A DNA stretch of 64,000 nt, taken from Hyphomicrobiales bacterium. GTDB lineage: Bacteria; Pseudomonadota; Alphaproteobacteria; Rhizobiales; JAJFHC01. The notes beneath the pieces were generated by a model. That model saw only the letters and a program-made list of their open reading frames with translations. It ran no database searches and was not told the origin of the DNA. The DNA lies in assembly GCA_965275905.1 (NCBI GenBank), contig CBDHYJ010000054.1:17497-81496 (forward strand), written 5' to 3'. Numbering within the stretch: position 1 is the stretch's first letter; each line of letters begins with the position of its first letter. This document shows, piece by piece, positions 60,531 to 64,000 of this stretch. A program made the position numbers and the translations under genes.

Positions 60531-60585
60531 GACGACAGTCATTGAATGACCCGCACCAAAAGCTCCATCGGACCAATGCCGGATA
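60531..60585 (-). promoter_or_regulatory. conserved upstream element, copy B (5' of methyltransferase, in divergent region with LuxR-type gene)
   Basis: GACGACAGT-N24-TCCATCGGACCAATGCCGGATA. It overlaps a GCCGGAT-N15-ATCCGGC inverted repeat. Confidence 0.45.
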
Positions 60586-60677
60586 GACGGGCTTGACTCA
60601 TCCGGCATACGGTCAATTCTTCGGTCAGAGTGCTGGATGATCGAATTCCGGTCACAGGTGGGAATGAGGAAGACGCC

Positions 60678-61232
60678 ATGTTCGACGCGATGGGACAGAC
60701 TCGCGGACGGCAATTGATGTTTGCCGTGATTATGCTGTTCGTCTTCGGGATAAGCGGCTTCGAGATTTTCCGTGAGTTTGCAAATGGCGAGACACTCGTC
60801 ACCATGGCCGACGACGTGTGCTGGTTCGTTTTCAGCGCGATCCTGCTGACGTTTTTCGTTCTCGAATACGTTACTCAACAGCGAGCGCTTAAGGCTCTGC
60901 GTGTGCAACTCAAACAGGTCCGGGGCAGGCTCGCGCAGGTCGACCCGCGATCGCAGCAGCTCGCCAGCCAGTATCGGGCCGTCATGCAGAAGCAGTTTGA
61001 CGAGTGGCTTCTGACGACAAGTGAGCAGGACGTCGTCATTCTGCTGTTGAAGGGTTTGTCTTTCCGCGAGATCGCCAGCCTCCGCGAAACCCAGGAAAAA
61101 ACCGTCCGTCAGCAGGCCTCCAGTGTTTACCGGAAGGCCGGCGTGACGAGCCGTCACGAGTTGGCCGCCTGGTTCTTCGAGGATATGTTGGAACCGCCAC
61201 TCAGTGACGACCAATTGGGTGACAAACAATAA
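60678..61232 (+). CDS. membrane-anchored LuxR-family (HTH GerE-type) regulator
   Basis: Two N-terminal TM helices (LMFAVIMLFVFGISGF, VCWFVFSAILLTFFVL), a coiled linker, then a LuxR HTH (LTTSEQDVVILLLKGLSFREIASLRETQEKTVRQQASSVYRKAGV). ATG 60678 follows GAGGAAG. Confidence 0.75.
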   Translation: MFDAMGQTRGRQLMFAVIMLFVFGISGFEIFREFANGETLVTMADDVCWFVFSAILLTFFVLEYVTQQRALKALRVQLKQVRGRLAQVDPRSQQLASQYRAVMQKQFDEWLLTTSEQDVVILLLKGLSFREIASLRETQEKTVRQQASSVYRKAGVTSRHELAAWFFEDMLEPPLSDDQLGDKQ

Positions 61233-61285
61233 TGCCCCTGGTCTCGCCCATATGCTGACCGGCGGAGGCTGATGAAAGAGAGAAA

Positions 61286-62098
61286 ATGGCGGAAGTAGAC
61301 TGGTCGCGGCTGAAGGCGCACGAATTGCGGGCCTTGGCCAATGAAAGTGCCGTGGTGATCTTGCCGATCGCGTCGATCGAGCAGCACGGGCCGCACCTGC
61401 CGGTAATGACGGACACACGGCTGGGGCAGGAGATTGCGCATCGCGCTGCGCGAAAAGCCTACGACACCAGACCCGTGGTCGTGACACCGGTGGTCTGGTC
61501 AGGCTTGTCCGAGCATCACATGCCGTTCGGAGGCACGTTGATCCTGAGTCACGACACCTTCCGCCGGGTCGTGCGGGACCTTGTGGACTCCATCACGCGC
61601 CACGGTTTTCGCGATATTCTGATTTCCAATTCCCACGGAGGCAACACAATCGCGATGCAGCAGATCCTGGATGAACTGACGCCGGTGACCGAGGCGACCC
61701 TGGTCGCGACCTGTTATGTCAGCGAGGCCGGCGAGGACCTGTCGCAGCACCTCGAGGACCAGCCGGGTGTGATGCACGCCGGTGAGGCGGAAACGTCAAT
61801 GATGATGGTGTGCGAACCGGAGCTGGTCGATGACAGCAATCTTGACGGTCTGGCGAGCGCGACGGAAGGCGTCCGGTTTCTCGAGGCCGGTGCCGCGTCC
61901 TATCGATGGCGGCCGTTTCAGCATGTGACTGAAAACGGCGTTTACGGAAACCCGACGCGATCAAACGCGGACAAGGGCGAAAAGATGCTCGAAGCCGCCG
62001 CCGACGCGCTGGCGCGCTTGATCTGCGATCCCGAAACCTGGGCCCCGACCGATGATCTGCGACCGGACAGCGTCGGCGGGGTGCCGTTCAGGGACTGA
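61286..62098 (+). CDS. creatininase-family amidohydrolase
   Basis: Contains VVILPIASIEQHGPHLPVMTD, SNSHGGN and HAGEAETS, typical of the creatinine amidohydrolase family. Confidence 0.85.
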   Translation: MAEVDWSRLKAHELRALANESAVVILPIASIEQHGPHLPVMTDTRLGQEIAHRAARKAYDTRPVVVTPVVWSGLSEHHMPFGGTLILSHDTFRRVVRDLVDSITRHGFRDILISNSHGGNTIAMQQILDELTPVTEATLVATCYVSEAGEDLSQHLEDQPGVMHAGEAETSMMMVCEPELVDDSNLDGLASATEGVRFLEAGAASYRWRPFQHVTENGVYGNPTRSNADKGEKMLEAAADALARLICDPETWAPTDDLRPDSVGGVPFRD

Positions 62099-62107
62099 GA
62101 TCTGCCG

Positions 62108-62137
62108 GCCCGAACGAAGCAACGGGATCGTTCGGGC
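62108..62137. terminator. perfect 10-bp hairpin between convergent genes
   Basis: GCCCGAACGA-(10 nt)-TCGTTCGGGC, followed by tcaaagctgtcgttt. It is plausibly a bidirectional terminator. Confidence 0.5.
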
Positions 62138-62169
62138 TCAAAGCTGTCGTTTCCGCGCGCGCTATCCTG

Positions 62170-63312
62170 TCAGTTGGCGTATACGGCCGATTCAAAGGCT
62201 ACGTATGTCCGCATGTACGGCTCTTCGACAAAGGGCAGTGACTGTGTGAAAATCACACCCGCGACGTCGGACGTTGGATCCACCCAGTAATGCGTATTGC
62301 AGACACCGGCCCAGCTTTGTGACCCTGCCTTCCTGCGCCCCGGCACGTCCGCCTCGAATCGGGCTGCAGCAAAGCTGTGGGTCGTGCCCTCCGGCAAATC
62401 CACATCGGCTGTCACCGGCGGAACAACGGTGACCATGCGCTCGAACAGCTTTCCTTCCATCTGATCGTTGAGCATGGCTGCCAACGCGTCTTCGGACAGG
62501 ATGCGATTGCCGTCCAGTTCTCCGCCATTCAGAAGCATCCGAAGCAACTTTACATAGTCCGGCGCAGTCGAATAAAGGCAATGCCCCATCCCGTAAACCT
62601 CTGGCTGCGGGGGCGGCGCCAGTTCGAACGGGCCGAAAGTGCCGTCCTCCCCGCGGGCCTGCACATCGGCCAGCCGATCCGCCAGCGCGTCAGGCTCGAA
62701 CGCGGTGTCGGTCATGCCAAGGGGTTCGAAAATCTCTTCGCGGCAGAATTGATCAATGCGCCGCCCGTCAAGGGTCTCGACGACCTGCCCCAGCCAGTCA
62801 ATGCCGGGACCGTAACCCCAACGTTCACCAGGGTCATACATAAGGGGATACTTCAGGCCCTGTTTGGTTCCGGACAGGATAGGGGCCGCGCCGGTGACCT
62901 CAAGGTACTTTGCCATCTCCGCGTTCCAGAACTCGTATTCCAGCCCGCTGCGGTGGGTGGCCAGATGACGCATCGTGGCTGTCGTATTCGGCGCGCGAAG
63001 AACCGGTTTGTCGCCATCCCAGCCATCGAGCACCTGCAGCTCATTCCATTCCGGCAACACGTCGGCGACGGGTGTATCCATGGACATCTTGCCGCGGTCG
63101 ATCATCATCATCGCGGCAAGTGATCCGATCGCCTTGGTTGCCGAGAAAATGCGGAACACGGTGTCTTCGGCGGCAGCGCGCCCTTCCGCGGCTTGCCCGG
63201 CACTGCCGGAATAGGTGACGCCGCTCGAATTTGCGCTCATCGCGACGACGAACGGCACGTCCTGCGCGTCCACCGCGCCGCTCAGCACCCGGTCAATGTT
63301 TTCAGATGACAC
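62170..63312 (-). CDS. serine hydrolase, beta-lactamase/EstB-like (class C fold)
   Basis: GTG 63312 follows GGGAGGA. Contains FRIFSATKAI (S-x-x-K) and a YS... motif. Length is 380 aa. Confidence 0.85.
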   Translation of the reverse strand: MSSENIDRVLSGAVDAQDVPFVVAMSANSSGVTYSGSAGQAAEGRAAAEDTVFRIFSATKAIGSLAAMMMIDRGKMSMDTPVADVLPEWNELQVLDGWDGDKPVLRAPNTTATMRHLATHRSGLEYEFWNAEMAKYLEVTGAAPILSGTKQGLKYPLMYDPGERWGYGPGIDWLGQVVETLDGRRIDQFCREEIFEPLGMTDTAFEPDALADRLADVQARGEDGTFGPFELAPPPQPEVYGMGHCLYSTAPDYVKLLRMLLNGGELDGNRILSEDALAAMLNDQMEGKLFERMVTVVPPVTADVDLPEGTTHSFAAARFEADVPGRRKAGSQSWAGVCNTHYWVDPTSDVAGVIFTQSLPFVEEPYMRTYVAFESAVYAN

Positions 63313-63443
63313 TTTTTCCTCCCATGCTTTTTCTCTGGGAGGAATAGTAATCCACGGACAACATGCCAACAACGCCGCCCGGCTTGGCCGCGTCTGCCAG
63401 TCCCGGCATTCGCCACGCCGCGGAACTTTGGCGGGTACGAACT

Positions 63444-63514
63444 CAAAGCGGTCGTTACCGCTGTCGTGGCGGATCGGCACAGCCGCTGCATCGCTGCGAC
63501 GGTGTCGGCACCGG
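63444..63514. repeat. REP-like intergenic repeat, copy 2
   Basis: caaagcggtcgttaccgctgtcgtggcGGATCGGCACAGCCGCTGCATCGCTGCGACGGTGTCGGCACCGG. It lies 41 nt 3' of the TauD-like stop. The four clustered core mismatches relative to copy 1 fall in the predicted loop. Confidence 0.6.
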
Positions 63515-63554
63515 ACTCGTACAAGTCAGGAAAGCCGCGACCAATATCGGCGTT

Positions 63555-64000
63555 CTAGTGGGACAAGGCCACGCCTTCGACAGTGACCCTGTGCATCAGA
63601 CGCCTGAACCCATGGTAGTCGTTGATCGCCTTGTGCCAGGTGGCCCGGTTGTCCCACATGGTCACGTCGCCGGCAGTCCACCGAACCCTGCACTGGAATT
63701 CCGGCTGTCTGCAGTGCTCGTAAAGCATCGCGAGAACGGCGGCGGATTCTTCAGCCGAGAGCTCCTCGATGTGCGTGGTGAAGACCGGGTTCACGAACAG
63801 GCCGCGCCGCCCGCTGAGCGGGTGGGTGATCACCACCGGGTGGCGCGCATCCTGGGTGGCGGCATCGGCATTGCCGAACCGTCCGGTTCTTGCCGCCTCA
63901 CTGTCCATGGCGGATCGTCCGAAGGCGTGGCGTGAGGAATGCACTGCCGTAAGGCCATCGAGAAACCGGCGCATGGCCGGTGACAGCGCCTCGTAGGCTG
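63555..64000 (-). CDS. TauD/TfdA-family Fe(II)/2-oxoglutarate dioxygenase, 5' end beyond the window
   Basis: The C-terminal part reads AYEALSPAMRRFLDGLTAVHS...HPVVITHPLSGRRGLFVN...VRWTAGDVTMWDNRATWHKAINDY. The frame stays open to position 64000. Confidence 0.8.
   Translation of the reverse strand, partial: AYEALSPAMRRFLDGLTAVHSSRHAFGRSAMDSEAARTGRFGNADAATQDARHPVVITHPLSGRRGLFVNPVFTTHIEELSAEESAAVLAMLYEHCRQPEFQCRVRWTAGDVTMWDNRATWHKAINDYHGFRRLMHRVTVEGVALSH

Overview
High-GC (visibly >60%) chromosomal segment that looks alphaproteobacterial (Hyphomicrobiales/Rhodobacterales-like gene content). It is densely coding, with about 60 genes, one tRNA, and no rRNA, CRISPR array, transposase or integrase. 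Content is mostly accessory metabolism and transport. Recognisable genes include tRNA-Val(CAC), gph, gabD, rpiA, gor, an acdR-acdS (ACC deaminase) module followed by an orphan 2-oxoacid dehydrogenase E1 homologue, and ansA. There is a seven-gene sugar-type ABC/aldolase/dehydrogenase operon containing a 651-aa protein of unknown function, a metal-chelate-type ABC system preceded by a DUF2946-like gene, a methyl-accepting chemotaxis protein and a CueO-type multicopper oxidase. The best candidate for an undescribed system is an organosulfur island at 53.6-57.9 kb. It holds a signal-peptide-less SBP56/SELENBP1-family (methanethiol-oxidase family) gene translationally coupled to a plant-type 2Fe-2S ferredoxin and a CoA-binding protein, divergent from an IclR regulator and a DmdA-like (GcvT-family) demethylase. 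Non-genic structure includes a 306-bp MITE-like palindromic element whose terminal CTAGs supply the stop codons of both flanking convergent genes. There is also a ~72-nt repeat present twice just 3' of minus-strand genes, and a 55-nt repeat (21/22-nt core box) upstream of two adjacent genes. Two AT-rich islets each carry an orphan gene. At least four genes are disrupted: DUF2817, and a three-gene aldehyde dehydrogenase/hydratase/FAD-oxidoreductase operon. All functional calls rest on my reading of the translated ORFs; no database search was run.
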